From Tubiluchus corallicola (taxonomy: Eukaryota; Animalia; Priapulida), in NCBI GenBank assembly GCA_030141605.1, contig JAQGDQ010001069.1:1535-65534 (forward strand): a stretch of 64,000 bases of DNA, given 5' to 3'. The position numbers were made by a program, and so were the translations under genes. This document shows, piece by piece, positions 20,005-34,304 of the stretch. A model generated the notes under the pieces. That model had not been told where the DNA came from, did no database searches, and saw only the letters and a program-made list of their open reading frames with translations. Positions within the stretch are counted from its first letter, which is position 1; every line of letters begins with the position of its first letter.

Positions 20005-23000
20005 ATGAAACGTTCTGCGGGCAATGACTCACCCAACACCGGGAAAACCCAAAAAGTAGAAAACACAGACAGGGTATGTGTTCTTTCATTACAATTACTG
20101 ATTTTATCATGCTGTTGTTGTTAGTGTTTTTTGGTGCTGGTGTGAGCGATACTGTGATAGCAGTGATTACCTCTGCAGCTGCTGTTGCTGTTATGTTTAT
20201 TTATTTTTACATTACGTGTACAGTTACGTAAATGGAAGTAAAACTATAAAATAATAATATAAAAATAAAAGCTATCCTAATTAATATTACATAAAACCAT
20301 GATTGCAAAGTTTGACTAGAGTTAAGAAGAAAATGAAATACATTGCAGCTAACGACAATTTATAAGTAGTTCCTTGAGTTTCATTTTAAATGTTTCATAT
20401 TTTGTGATTTTACTTAATTCAGTTTTGATTGGATACTAGTTGTAATGCTTGCTTGTCCTGACTGCAAACTGTCTTGTACCAGAATTAGATTTTGCAGTAG
20501 AAATAAAAAATAAATTTGACTGTCTAGTGGTCTAAGCGATCATATTACAATTAACGTCAAACATATTGGTCTATCGCTCTGCCGCCGCTGCAACGTAAGC
20601 ACGCTCAGCAGCATTCAAGACAACAGTTCACGCAGGACAACAACTGTCTAAGCTAAACTAAACTAAACAACATGGCAGTCACAACTAATGTCTAATCAAC
20701 AGATAAACTGATTGCTCTTTTTCATAAACACACATTTTCAGAGCAGTAGCTACTTTAACACGAAATTAACACTTCAAGTAGCCAAAAAGACTTTTCAATT
20801 TAAACAGAATGTGGAGACGAAGTTTTAAATCACTACAAAATACAGAGACATAAATATAATAAAGAAACTAAGCCAGTTAGCCTTGCCTTACAATAAATGA
20901 GCAACAAAAATATTAAGCCTCTCTTGCCTTTAACATGCGAACATCAAGCCTGCGATGTATTTTTCTATATTAATTGATCATGTGCTCGCCTGCAAGATTT
21001 ATTAAGGTTTTGTATTTTCCTGTTTGTCAGGCTATGGAAATGGAATAAATTTGACTGTTCCATTCCATAGACGACCCTTGTATTGAATGCCCGAGTCACA
21101 TAAGTCCCAATGGCACTTTTTAACCTTGATTATAATCAGAAAAATGCATAAAATTAGCTAATATTACATTGATGTATAAGTTTTGACCACATTTGAATTA
21201 ATTTTGACTGTGAAGATCTCATTGAGGTTTATAAAAACTGGCCAGAAAAGAAAACATTTTGTTTTGTCTTTATTTAAAGTTAATTAAATAATTGCTTTAT
21301 CTAACTTGCAAAGCTTTAAACTAAACTAAACTGCGTATCATCTTGATTGCAAAATGGTTTAATCAGCAACTCATAGATGTAAGCGTTGTGCATTTCTTCC
21401 TATAAACGAAACTAGACTATATATATTTCCATTAATTCACTTGCAATTTCAATTGACAATGATAAGATCTAGAACAAGGCCAATATTGCTTCCCGCTAAC
21501 TAACGAAAAGTTGAGCATTTTTCATAACAGTGTTAGACGGTGCTGTAGCTAAATGTGCCGAACGTACCTGCTGCAGGGGTGTGTGAAATAGCTTGCATGC
21601 TAATTGGGCAGTCAACCAAAATCATTGACATTATGTTAGACATCAATTGAAATTTAGCTGATTATAGTTGTAAGTTGATTGTTCAGTTGTGACTAATATT
21701 TTGTGGAGCAAGCAAACATCAGAAAATATAGCTAATTCTCTAACTTCTAAAAGTTTCAAATTTATAGTGACGTCAGATATGTGGTCATATTTTCACCGGT
21801 ACAACATGACCCTAGCTGCAAAATTTATAATCTTTTGAACTTTGTTTAAGTGAATATCTGCAGCTTTACTATATACAGCAAACAGTAGAACATATGTGGG
21901 AAAACAAATCTGTCATATCATTTGGACTAGGAAAAATTATGACTTTACATTAAAGCGACCAAATCCACCTGTCAGTATCTAAAAAGTGATGGGTGATATT
22001 TAGGTGGCACAAATAATCATTATAGCAGTGAGTCGACAAATTGAATAGTTTGACATGTGCAGAGAAAGTTACAACATGTTACAGATTAAATATAAGGTCA
22101 CAAACACCAACTTAAAAAGTAAAAATATACCGTATATCAACTTCTAAGTAACTTATATCATTACAAGATGAATTAACAGAATTTAAATAATCCCAGCTCT
22201 TTTTTGGTATGATTGGCAATACTTTTAAGTGGTGCTTGATTTCTTTCTGTGCAAGTAACATTGTTTCTTGATATCGTTTAATTATTTTATAGGGATGTCT
22301 GCATACAAAAATTTCTGATGTGCCATTTCTTAGCGATGTTGTGCTGACTATAATACCTGCCGGAATCGGGAAGGCTCGGACAGACGTGTTCTGTCGACAG
22401 ACTGAGAGATTTGGTGGGAAGTATCATGTTGGCACAATCGTTCCCGAAACACAGTATGTTGTTGTCGATGAGACGATGGATTTTGATCGACTATGTAGGA
22501 TTTTACAGGTAAAACTGTAGATTGTAACTTCAGCTTCTGTTAAAAGGTCCTTCACGATTATAAACTTCGGTGTGAGTCGTGTTTCTGAGTGATGATACTG
22601 TGGTTGCCGAAGTTAAGAGCTTGGTTAGTGAATGGATAAATGATTGTCGAGTTTAATACAAGCCCTGGGCTATTTTGTTTGCTGTTCTGGTAATGGCTGT
22701 GTAACTTGTAGAGGAAGAACTTGTGAATATTCACTCTGAATGTGGCTGACATCTCCGTGGTTCAGTATCTTGGCTTAGGGCATAAAATTTGATAAGCTGG
22801 GTGCCAGTCTCACTGCAACTATCCACCTTGAGCTGTCGTTCGTTGTCGTCAAACACTGGTTCCAGATTCTTGCAGTTGGTCGAATTGTAGATAAATCATC
22901 TTGTTCAACCATTTGTGGATGTGAATTGCATGTGTAAAATTTTACAGGAATGATAATAAAACATATTTCACATCATCTAGCAAAGCTGATAGTCCGTTTG

Positions 23001-26000
23001 ACATAACAGCTTTAAAATGGCAGTAGAACTTTGTTAGAATTCAGAAAAGAGAATTTACATGTTACAATGCCATTGGACTTGTTACTGTGTTTTACAAGTT
23101 TATATTAAACTGGATGAAATTACTTTTGTCATGCTACTGTGAAAACTCACAGTCAAAAATTGATTTTTACGGGTTTGTGTATATGGCAGAAAGTGACAGC
23201 TTCGGGCTGCCATCACTGGAGTGCAACACAAGCTTTTTCCTAGCCTAGGCACCTTACAGTTTCTGTCCTCTTTGTTTCAGCCATTGGATGTCCTGGAAAT
23301 ATATTTTTGCTTTGCACGGCTGTTTTTCTTCCTTGTTTTGATCATTTTCTTTGAGTTATTAAGAGGTTGTAACTAAAGGTAGGCAGTTGCTGTGGGAGAC
23401 GTATTCCGTTCAAGAAGGGATGTGTGAAGAAAATGCCCATTTGTTTTGGTGCTAGTCTAAGGATATACACTGTATATCAGGTTTAAAATTTGTTCTTTCC
23501 AGTAATGATAGCTCAAAGGATTTATTTTGAATAGTAACTTTTAAACTTTTTTGAAAAAATGAGGTACTATCTAGGTTATTAGATAGTATAATATGGTGTA
23601 ATGTAGTGTAATATATTTTTATATATTCTATATTCTATGTATATATATATATATGTTCTATATATTTAAAGGTAGCCAAAAATGATGAGTTGCCGAGAAA
23701 AGTTAAAATTGTCAACACAAGATGGCTTAGTGCTTGCCTTAAAGAACGAAAATTAGTGGAGTGTCATGAATTTGAGATTAAAAAGCCTCAAGAAATCCCA
23801 GGAACACCAAATTATGCATCGACTAATACATCTGCCGAAGGAATATCATCATCTTTGGCAACGTCCAATGTAAAAAAGTCGAAGAAGTCTGCCAAGTGCT
23901 CACAGTTATCAAACCAAAGTTCTTCGGGTTCAGAGAGGTAAGAAGTTTTTGTAGCCAAATGCGTGGTTGATGGTTTTCTATTTGTGTTTGTCAACTATCA
24001 CTATTTCCTTGTTTTATGAAACTATTGCTGCTACTTGGAACTAAATTAAATTGCTTTGTTAAATAATTTTTCTCGGAAGTGGTGCTGACAAGCCATTGCC
24101 ATAGCAGTGTCTACGCTTTTGCTGGATTACTGCTGTGTTTACCTGTCTTGGGAGCATTTCTAATACATTAATTTATGCTCTATATTTTTATTTGTAATCA
24201 TGACTTTCTATTCATTTTTATGTAAATTTTAACCTATAAATTTTAATTCATAACTATTTTAACTATTTTTACTGTAAACCATAACTGTTAATTTTTGTTC
24301 AGTATCATATGTAGCCATTTCTTACATTGTAACTGCATAATTATTTTTATTGTGATTGATTGTGTGATTTTTTATCTCATTTAAGTTCATTGTAAAAGCA
24401 CTGAGATCTTCAGATGGTGTGCGTTTTTAAGATTAAGCTATTATTATTATTATTATTATTAATTTTATTTGAATCTGGTATTACAGTAAAATGCATGACA
24501 CTCCTATCAGTTTATGTAATTTTTAATTAATAGAGTTTTTTTATAATTAAGTGAAGAGGCTGCTGAGACATGCAATAAAGATCGACACAGTGAGCCTGGC
24601 GATGGTAACTCTCAAGCCAGACAAAAACCAGTGAGTATATTTTAATTTATTTGATGAAACTGGCATGCCATCCATGCATTTGGTAAAATGTCGGGAGTTT
24701 TTTTTTGTGAATACTGTAGCCAGCACTTACAACAAGATGTACACTTACTGTGTAAGTTCAGTAACCAGTTGTTACCATGACCAGTATTTTATATGGTTAG
24801 GACGTGTTCACGCAACAGACCAGTAGAAGGCAGTCAATACTACGTAGCATCATTCTTCATGTATAACAAGTAAATATTATATGAGAACAAGTTACTGTGC
24901 TACTTTCTCATTATAATTTTTTTGCATAGTGACATGAGAAATGCTGTACCTCTCTAGGTATAAACATTAACGCTGAAATAATTAAACTGTTATTTTTCAT
25001 TTGTTTGAGCCGTTCATCTGTTGCATTGTAAAATAAGCTATAGCAAATTCTACTTATTTGGAAATGTGTTGACAGTAAGATAATTATTTATTCCTGCTAT
25101 CCCTACATGGGTAGTCCAGCGTTTTGCCATAAATGCAACTTTATTCACTCAACTTTTTTTACAGAAAGGAATTTGGGTTTGCGCCAGGTCTTCGACTGAC
25201 CAGTTAGCTGTCAACCACAACCAACGTATTACAGACAAGTTAGAGGTTTGTATAATGAAGTTAGTGCTACACTGCCAACTGAACCATACAACTGACAGTC
25301 AATTCAACCATTCAACTGGTAATCACCTGAACCATACAACTGACAGTCAATTCTACCATACAACTGGTAATCAACTGAACCATACAACTGACAGTCAATT
25401 CTACCATACAACTGGTAATCAACTGAACCATACAACTGGTAATCAACTAACCATAAAACTGGTAAACAACTAACCATACAACTGGTAATCAACTAACCAC
25501 ACAACTGACAGTCAGTTCAACCATACAACTGGTAATCAACTAACCACACAACTGACAGTCAATTCTACCATACAACTGGAAATCAACTAACCATACAACT
25601 GGTAATCAACTAACCATAAAACTGGTAAACAACTAACCATACAACTGGTAATCAACTAACCACACAACTGACAGTCAGTTCAACCATACAACTGGTAATC
25701 AACTAACCATAAAACTGGTAAATAACTAACCACACAACTGACAGTCAGTTCAACCATACAACTGGTAATCAACTAACCATACAACTGACAGTCAGTTCAA
25801 CCATACAACTGGTAATCAACTAACCATACAACTGACAGTCAGTTCAACCATACAACTGGTAATCAACTAACCTCACAACTGACAGTCAGTTCAACCATAC
25901 AACTGGTAATCACCTGAACCATACAACTGACAGTCAGTTCTATCATACAACTTAATGTATATAGTGTATGCTTTGTAAAGTGTCAATCTCAATGAAATCT

Positions 26001-29000
26001 TTCTATTTGAAAACTTGAACATTTGAAAAATGGTATACCTGTCAAGTTGATTGTGAAACTGAAATTGAACTAACGACACTTAATTATAGTTGAGTAGTTA
26101 TAGTTATACTGTTTAAAAATTAGATGGAAATTGTTCAATTTCTTGTTGAACACAAATCTTGTCAAAATTTTGTTAGCAATTTGAATTGGCTTTGTCACAT
26201 ACCAGTTTGTTATGTTTCAGCACTTATGTATGACTTCAACATAATTACATGTCAGCTTGCTAGTTTGGCCTAGCATCCTGGTGTCCATTTCGTTTTGACC
26301 CTCATTTAACTCCTGACATTGTTTGCATTGTTAGTACACCATGTAAAATTATTTGCAGTCTAACAAAATGATATTATTATTTATTACAGTCAAACCTCGT
26401 TATAATGTCAGGTCTGTGAAACCACTAAATTTGGTGCTATAGCTTGGTTGGCGTTAAGACGAGGTTCATTAAATATAAAAGCCATTCAGTTGTGTAGCCT
26501 CTATTTTGTTTCCTAGTTAATTTTAATACATGGTAAATAGTATAATAATATTATTATTATACATACAACAAATGTGTTATGCTGTGTATTTTTGCTGCAT
26601 TAACAGGTGTAGTTCTACAGAGGTACCTTGCGAAACTTTTATGTAACACAGTACTGAAAAGCAGTCATGTGGAAATTAGCCAACTACTGATAAGAGAAAT
26701 ATCCACGCACGTGACCCACGCTCCCAACATAACATTACTGGATAATTAAAACTATAGATTGCTACCCTACATAACTTGACCTTGAACTTTAACAGCTGGT
26801 AAATTCACCTCAGTATAAACGGTACTGAACCTTAGTTTAGTTAGCTACGCAACTCTTGTACTCTTAAAATACATGCTCCTTGCTCAAAACATTCACTTTC
26901 ATACAGTCACCTTCTACAAAACATGAATCTAAACCCAGCAAGACCAATATTGTTTTTCTGTTCAGATGACATTATTTTAACAAGTGACTTTGTCTTGGCT
27001 GGCATTATAACAGGATAGATTTATTATGTAAAACAGACTTTTGGCACAACAGGTACGTTGGCAGATGGCACTAGGCGAGGTTGGCGGTATTCCCTATATT
27101 TAATGTATTATGGAAATTTGGACAGGGCAAAAGCTGGCATTATGGCGAGGTTGGCGTTATAACGGGGTGTTGGGGGGGTATAACGAGGTTTGACTATACT
27201 GAATTATCGACACTAAACAATGATAATCAGCCGTGAAGCTGTATGCATATATTTCCTAATATTTATTGAATTGAAAAAAATCATAGTTTAAGCATAAAAA
27301 ATAACTTTAATGACGATGATGCCGAGGTAGAGAGAGCATAAGTGCTCAAATATGCAAACTTAATTATTACTTGGAAGTTCAAATGTACCTTGTTAATCAA
27401 ATAAGCAAAAATATTTGTTACGTAGTTAAGTTTTGAAATCCTAGTTGTTGTGTGGGAGCATGGCTTCTGTGAAACTGCTGAGCCCGTAACTGTCATACTT
27501 TTGGTAACCGATGATGTTTTTCTGCAATGAATTTTGTAGAGTATGCAGCATGCATTCTACTAAAATTGACATGAAATGTTCAGTTTTTGGAAAGCCATTC
27601 ACGCAAATAAGTATTTGAATCAGACCCTTCATTGGCAAATAATAAAACTCATCATAATGCAAAATTCTTACTTTTATGAGGAAAAGTAGTTTTACTATAT
27701 TGTACATATACTAGTTAGTAAAGTGAATTTATTTTTAGATGTTGGCAAAGACGTATAAAAACACCAAGGACAGTTGGAGAGCTCTCGCTTACCAAAAAGC
27801 CATTACAGCATTGAAGGCCTATAACAAGCCAATAGAAAGCTGGAAAGTATGTGGACATTACTTGATTTCATATCTGTAATTTTAGTAATCTGTTGACATT
27901 TTAATAAACCTGTGTTAACGCCGTACAACATGGGTGGGAAATGTTTTGATTTAAGACTCTTATTTATAGACAAGAAATTAAAAAATCAATTCCTTGTCCT
28001 TTAAATTAATATCTAGATGATTGAGGAAGTGAATAATAAGTGAAAAATATGAATGAATTAGTAGATTAAATTGACTGAATGTTCAGTAAAGGCAGCCATT
28101 TGGTAAATGAATGAAACAAATAAAAGGATATAATCTGAAAGTGCTGTGGATATGCGTCATGAATTTCCAGCTTGTATTTTATATATCTGCTGCATGTAGG
28201 AAGCCCACTCATTGACTGGGGTAGGAAAAAAGATGGCAGACAAAATCTGGGAAATCGTGGAGAGTGGCAGTCTGCGGAAGCTGGATAATGTCATGAGTGA
28301 TGAGAGGACAACTATTATAAACTTGTTTAATGATGTATGGGGTGCAGGCCCTTCAACTGCCGAAAAATGGGTGGCAATGGTGCGTATTGATAACTCTGAC
28401 TTTTTTCTTAAGTTTTTTTATTTCGAAATTCAAATATGTAAGTTTTGCATTTGTTTTTTTATGGTTGTAAACATAAACAGTGCTGTAAGTCCATTTCAAC
28501 CATAGTGTATATTGTAGAAAATTAGGAAATTTTGTTTATCTTTGCTGTACTTCTAGCATTTGCAATTCATTTGCAACAAACTGCAGGTGCTGAATAACAG
28601 TATCCTAAGTACCAGGTCTAAATAGTAAAAACAAAAGTGAGACAAATACATCTTGCCTAGATACTTGTTGTCTCATCAACAGCTTATATTTCTAGTATCA
28701 TTTTTACAATACCGGGGGCCTCTCTACCACAAGGCAAACATGGCAGTTGCGTAGGGTGCCAAATTCTGAAAGTAGTTCTTTGATTTTTAAATTTAGCATA
28801 AGTAATAACATGGCGTATGTGTAATTACTTAAGTGCCCAACACTTACATTAAATGAAACGAATTACTTGCATTATTTTCCTGTCAAAGGGTATGATTCAC
28901 CGATGCTAGCAAGTGTCTTCCTGCAGCAAAACACTCGACTTTTGCTTTATCTGGTTTCCTTTATGAAGTCATTTCACTCTGACACTACTTATGCGTGCTT

Positions 29001-32000
29001 TTCCCTGCAAATTCTATTGTATGCATAGAGTGGCAGAGCTATGTAAAATGCCTATAGTAAAGATATTTCCATTAATAAAAAAATGATCTAATAGCATTTA
29101 CCTAATTGTGGCTGACAAACCTATAAGAATCAAAGTCTTCAGGAGTTGAATACAGGAAACAAAAGGTTAAAAAGGTGACAGACATTGAACAGCAAAGACT
29201 GTCGCTGGTGAAGTATTTGCAACCAGACCAGTCCAGAGTTATAGTTGTGCAGATGATTAAGGTAGTGAAATAAATGTATGAAAAAGAGGAGTTAAGGCTT
29301 TAAAACTTTCTAATGAAAAGGCTGAGAGAAGATCTAGTCAAGAGCAGCAGAACTTATAGAAATATGATTGTTTCTGAAGACTCTGGGACGTATAATGGGT
29401 TTTTAAAATCAATTTCAATCAACCAGAAGCTGCAGATAGGTAATAAGCTACACCTAATTAGTGCACTATAATACATGTATAAGCCTAATACACAGCTAAT
29501 CTTTATTATAATATTATACAAGAAAAAAATAATTTTTTGTTTCTTGTGGGATCCCTGGGGTAATGTTTGACCGTTGCGGAGGAGCTGCTAAAAATGCTTT
29601 TGCAAAGGGCATCAGACTAGACTAGCTGGCCCTGTACTATACAAGTTTTAATTTCAGTTCCCAGTCTGACTTCACATTGACAAAGATTCATTTACTTATA
29701 AAATTGCTGGTTCGACAATTGCTATATCAAAGTCACTCTATTCTAACTTCTGAAGCCAATTATTTTCTCGCTTTTACTTTTTTTAATTTAGCTTATTGAC
29801 ACATTGTGACTGAAACTATATTTTAATAAATTAGATGTCATATAAGAACAAGTTACTAATAAATGTTGGTATGCTCGTGATCTTTTTGCAAAAATCACAA
29901 AACTGACATAAATTGTGACATCACACTTAATGTTGCTATGTAAAGTGCCTCAAATTATTTTGTGGATATTGAACTGCAGTGCAATACAGTGCAGTGTTAT
30001 ACACTTTAGTGATAATTTAAGCGTGCCTTCAGTAGCATAGTTGCCACATATGTTAAGAGTATCTAGATAACCCACATTTTTTCGGTTTTTAGGGCTGCAA
30101 GACTTTGGAAGATGTGCAAAGACTGGCTAGTCCTAATCGTCAGCAGCAGGTCGGATTGAAGCATTTTCATGACTTTCTTGACAGAATGCCCAGAGTAGAA
30201 GCAGCTGAAATTGAGCAAACTGTAAGTTGTTTCATTTCTGTTATATTTTTAACATTTGGTGATATATTGTGTGTCATTTTAATTTTACTGAATATTAACT
30301 TTTACGTTATGTTACAAATGGGGTACATTTTTCTTGTCAAAAACTTCTATAGTATGACCTCTGAGTTTGAATAATGGCGACATCTTCTGCGGAAGTGTTG
30401 TTTTTGACATTATTGTTTTTACATGTGTATGTACCATTATTTGAAGAAAAATTAAAAAAGATAATTGCTTCACTTCTAAATAGAAATGTTCTTCTAAAGC
30501 TAAACAGAAATAGCTGTACTGTTAGGTACCTGCATTTTCTATCTTTCTAGGTAAGGACCTATGCGATTTTTATGCCTACTGAGATGAGCAGATTTCGCTT
30601 TTATTGTTATAGTTTGCCAGTGCTTCTTGGTACTGTTGTCATATAACTTATAGTTTAAATGGACGAAATATTTAGTTGACAAGTATTTTTTGTCTGCTGT
30701 GATCAAAATACGATTAAATACTTTATTCTATATACTGTATTATTATATTTATAATTACTTGCTTAGTATACTTATCACTTAGTTGTTTCGATGCCGGGAG
30801 GCGCATAAAGCCGTTACACTCTTCCTCCAAACCGTTTTGCCTATTGCCACTGCTTTCGCCTCTCTCTGCGTACATTACAATATAAAATTAGCAATGATGC
30901 CTATCTTCTTTAACAGGAAGAAAAAATGGAAGGTTTGCACGACTAGTAATTTGAAAGGAATTTAAATGTACCATTCTGTAACACTTACAAACAAAACAAA
31001 ACAATAAAATGCCAAGTTTATTTACAACACTGAGGGTGTGAAAAACACGTGACTATTTTTGCATTGTGCAGGTGAAAGATGCTGCAGCTGTCATAGAAAA
31101 AGGTATCATTGCTCAAGCTTGTGGATCATATCGACGAGGGAAGCTGACATGTGGGGACGTTGATGTGCTCATTACTCATCCAGATGGGAAATCTCAGCAG
31201 AAAATATTTCCAAAAATAATAGATGACCTACACAAAACAGGTGAGGCAAAGGTATTGATAATTGTGACTGCTATAAAAGTTTTTCTAGTTTTCTTTTATA
31301 GAGGTGTTAATATACATACATCATGCGTTTTCATCAATGAATGCACATTTTTGTGTAGTATAGCTTGGAAAGTTAAAAGCATTTAATGGTGGTGTTACCT
31401 TTCACTTGTAGTTGTCTAAATAGATTTGTTAATAAAGAAAACTCTGTTTTGTAGGCTTTTTGACAGATGACCTTGTTACAACCCATGAAGGAAATCAACA
31501 AAAGTACTTGGGTGTGTGTAGGCTTCCTGGCGAGCAACGTAAAGTAAGCACGAATAATAGGATTTAAATTTGTGTTCAGGACACCATTTTTGATTGTTTT
31601 TACTTTATCATTCACCAAGTTAACTTAGTTGCTTATTTTCAAACTTTCATTAACAATTTAAGCCATTCTCATTAAGTTGGTTTTTCTGTTTTTTTTTGTG
31701 TTGGAGGATGCAGGCATTCTGATGTTGACTACTACTAGCAAAACATCTTAATTGCTTTGCACACAATATGATACAGCCTGATGATACGCTAACGTAGACG
31801 CTCTCATCGGCCTGGGAGGGGAAAACGATGGACCACCAGCTGTGGAGAATAAATAACAACAGGTTGTGTTCGCTTTTGGGAGTACAAGGAGAACACAACC
31901 AGTATATTTATATTCCCTTTTAGTGTCAAGTCCCAATTTTATCCCATACATCATTTGTGTGTAATCCCGATTTTATCACATACATCATTTGTGTGTAATA

Positions 32001-33238
32001 TTTGGAGAGAGATGCAAACTGCAAAACATGCAGGTTGCATGTTTGTTGCCTTAGAATTTGATAGTTTATAACAGATATCACTGTTTTGTACATTTTAGCA
32101 TCGTCGCCTTGACATCATTGTTGTACCATATGAGGAATACGCCTGTGCTTTGCTGTACTTCACTGGGTCTGCTCACTTTAACAGATCAATGAGACTGCTG
32201 GCAAAAAGGATGGGCATGACGTTATCAGAACATTCACTCAACACTGGTGTGGTCCGGAAAGTAAGAAAACTGTTGTTTAAAGCATATTGCTTTGCGTTTT
32301 GCAGGCACAAAATGTGTGTTTGCCTGTATTTGTATTTGTTTAATGGGATGAGTATTCTCGTCCCATTATGATAGTAAATTTTCTGATTAACAAATATCTC
32401 CGTGCTATCAACACGTGAATAGGTGTGGTCTATTCCAAATACTTATTACACCTTAAAGTAGCACAGTTGTTCCAGCAGTTTGCATGCACATGATTGTCTT
32501 TTTCATTATTTGGTATAATGTATAGAATGATCAGAATCATGTTCAGAATCATTATTCAAAATGACCCTTTTCACAGTTTCATTGTGCGCAGGTGCAGTTG
32601 CTGCAGGTCAAAGGTTAAGTGCGCCACAGCGTCTTAACAGCAACCATCACATGACGTGTGGGTAAAGCAAATCAGTTTGCCACATCAGTTCAGTAACGTC
32701 AGTTGATTTTCGTGGACTTTACTGAATTACTCATTAATCTGTGAGCAGAGTGATTTACTAGCAGGATCTTGCTTGGGAACAAGAAAAAATGAACTAGGTG
32801 AGGTTCTAGCTAGCTATTAAAACATGTTAAAACTGCTACTGTTACAATATCTTGCGCTGCGAGGTATTGTTAAGTGTACACTAACGCATTGTCTGGTTCA
32901 CTTAACCTTTGACCTTTTCGAGATCATCAATCACTGGAACTGTGAAAATTCACGCTTTGAATATTTTCTTTACACTTAAATAATTGAGAAATCCAAATTC
33001 TATAGAGAAAATTCTAAAGAGCATTGGTAATCAATTGTTAAGTTGTTGTGCAGAAAAATATCTATTCTTGCAGGGAAATGAAAAGGTGTATGGTGGACAC
33101 CCACTAAAAACTCCCACAGAAGAGTCGGTGTTTCACCACCTTGGGCTGGAGTTCAAAGAACCAGAGGAAAGAGACCATTACGATCTGAAATTCAAATCTT
33201 CAAATTTTCATGATTCCGGCAAAGAAGAATCTAGCTAA
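20005..33238 (+). CDS. POLL: DNA polymerase lambda (X family), 12 coding exons, 570 aa
   Basis: join(20005-20073, 22293-22508, 23672-23937, 24552-24630, 25165-25245, 27739-27846, 28200-28379, 30093-30221, 31072-31240, 31455-31543, 32099-32260, 33074-33238) = 1713 nt, phases consistent. BRCT region, Ser-rich linker, WVCA..NHN..ITDKLE, Hh[10 protein letters not shown] and [56 protein letters not shown]. Exons 1 and 4 are supported only by splice signals and phase. Confidence 0.95.
20195..20510 (-). mobile_element. LINE ORF2 3'-end relic in POLL intron 1
   Basis: Minus strand translates as [18 protein letters not shown]...[12 protein letters not shown], like the L2/CR1 C-terminal GxRxF...WNxLP...FKxxLK pattern, followed by an AATAAA-containing tail. 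Confidence 0.5.
25275..25950 (+). repeat. Minisatellite of 22-24 bp units in two variants
   Basis: Units AACCATACAACTGGTAATCAACT and AACCATACAACTGACAGTCAGTTC interspersed for about 680 bp, starting about 30 bp after a POLL donor site. Confidence 0.95.
26387..27196. mobile_element. pogo/Tigger-like (Tc1/mariner superfamily) non-autonomous element
   Basis: TIRs CAGTCAAACCTCGTTATA / TATAACGAGGTTTGACTA flanked by TA on both sides; subterminal GCGAGGTTGGC repeats. Confidence 0.85.
28713..29634 (+). mobile_element. Internally deleted hAT element
   Basis: 8-bp TSD TACAATAC / TACTATAC; termini CGGGGGCC / GGCCCTG; internal relic [12 protein letters not shown]...SLVKYL (about 29140-29220) resembles the basic N-terminus of hAT transposases. 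Confidence 0.7.
30760..30875 (-). mobile_element. RTE-like LINE extreme 3' end
   Basis: Minus strand [28 protein letters not shown] (WRxxVxALC terminus) followed by a TAAG-repeat-like tail. Confidence 0.5.
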
Positions 33239-33861
33239 CAGAGGACAAATACCATTGCGGCATAAATATTTTGCCAGTATATCTGACAGTTAATCAAGTT
33301 GTTATAAACTCGGCAATTATGACACCTAAAATATAAATGTAACTTGAAAAATTAGCTATCTGTATGTATGGTGAAGATTGAAAAAGAGTTAAGATAATTT
33401 TATAAGTAGTTTAAACAACTTTAGACTTGTGTCCAGGCCAAATAGCCAAATTACTCAAATATATAATTACCAACTTATAATATAGCAACTTAAAAACTTT
33501 TACAACAAAAAAATAGCTTTTAGTTATGGTAATTGCTTGAATTTAACATTCCAAAATGAGTTAATCACCAGATTTATGTTTAGTGTTCATTACCAGATTT
33601 ACGTTTAGATGTTCATTACTAGATTTATGTTGTTTTAGAATTGTCCATATTTGAAACAACCTAAACAGTATACAATAAGCTTGAAAAGCACTAAAATTTC
33701 GACAAAAGCTAGTTATCAAAGCTTGCTTAATGTGCTTCATTAATTTGCAAGATCATTCATCATCAGTCACAGTGTTTGATAAATTGTTATTGCAAAATTT
33801 GTGTAATCATAGCTGTGCCGTAAAAATGTCAATACTTATCATACACACAAGAACAGATATA

Positions 33862-34304
33862 CCGTATATACTTATGTACACGTCGAATTTTTAGGAGGCA
33901 ATTTTAAGGTGAAATTTTTGGGGTCGACTTATACTTATTTATACTTATACTTTATATTTATATTTATACTTATTTATACTTTGAAGTCGACTTATATGTT
34001 TTTTGGAGATGTCGCTAAAGAGTCGTCTACAATACGAATATGTAAATGTGACATTTCAGGTATGGGTTTTTAGTTTTAAGTGAAAAATCGGTGACTGAAA
34101 TGTTACGCCATATCCTGGCTGCGATATCCTAGGGTTAAAGGCACTACAAACAATTACAAGCCATTGATGACATCATCTACTCTGGAAGTTCTTGATATTT
34201 TATGGTCGGCTTGTACACAGGTAATATATAAAATGATGCAATTTTTGGTCTTAAAATGCACATCCAGTTGTACGTAAGGCCAACTTGTACACACGTATAT
34301 ACGG
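33862..34304. mobile_element. pogo/Tc2-like MITE downstream of the POLL stop
   Basis: TA-CCGTATATAC...GTATATACGG-TA termini; internal GTCGACTTATA repeats. Confidence 0.8.

Noticed and set aside
25255-25950. CRISPR-like array or repeat-protein ORFs
   Set aside because: No unique spacers, only two recurring unit variants; unit lengths break frame; intronic eukaryotic context.
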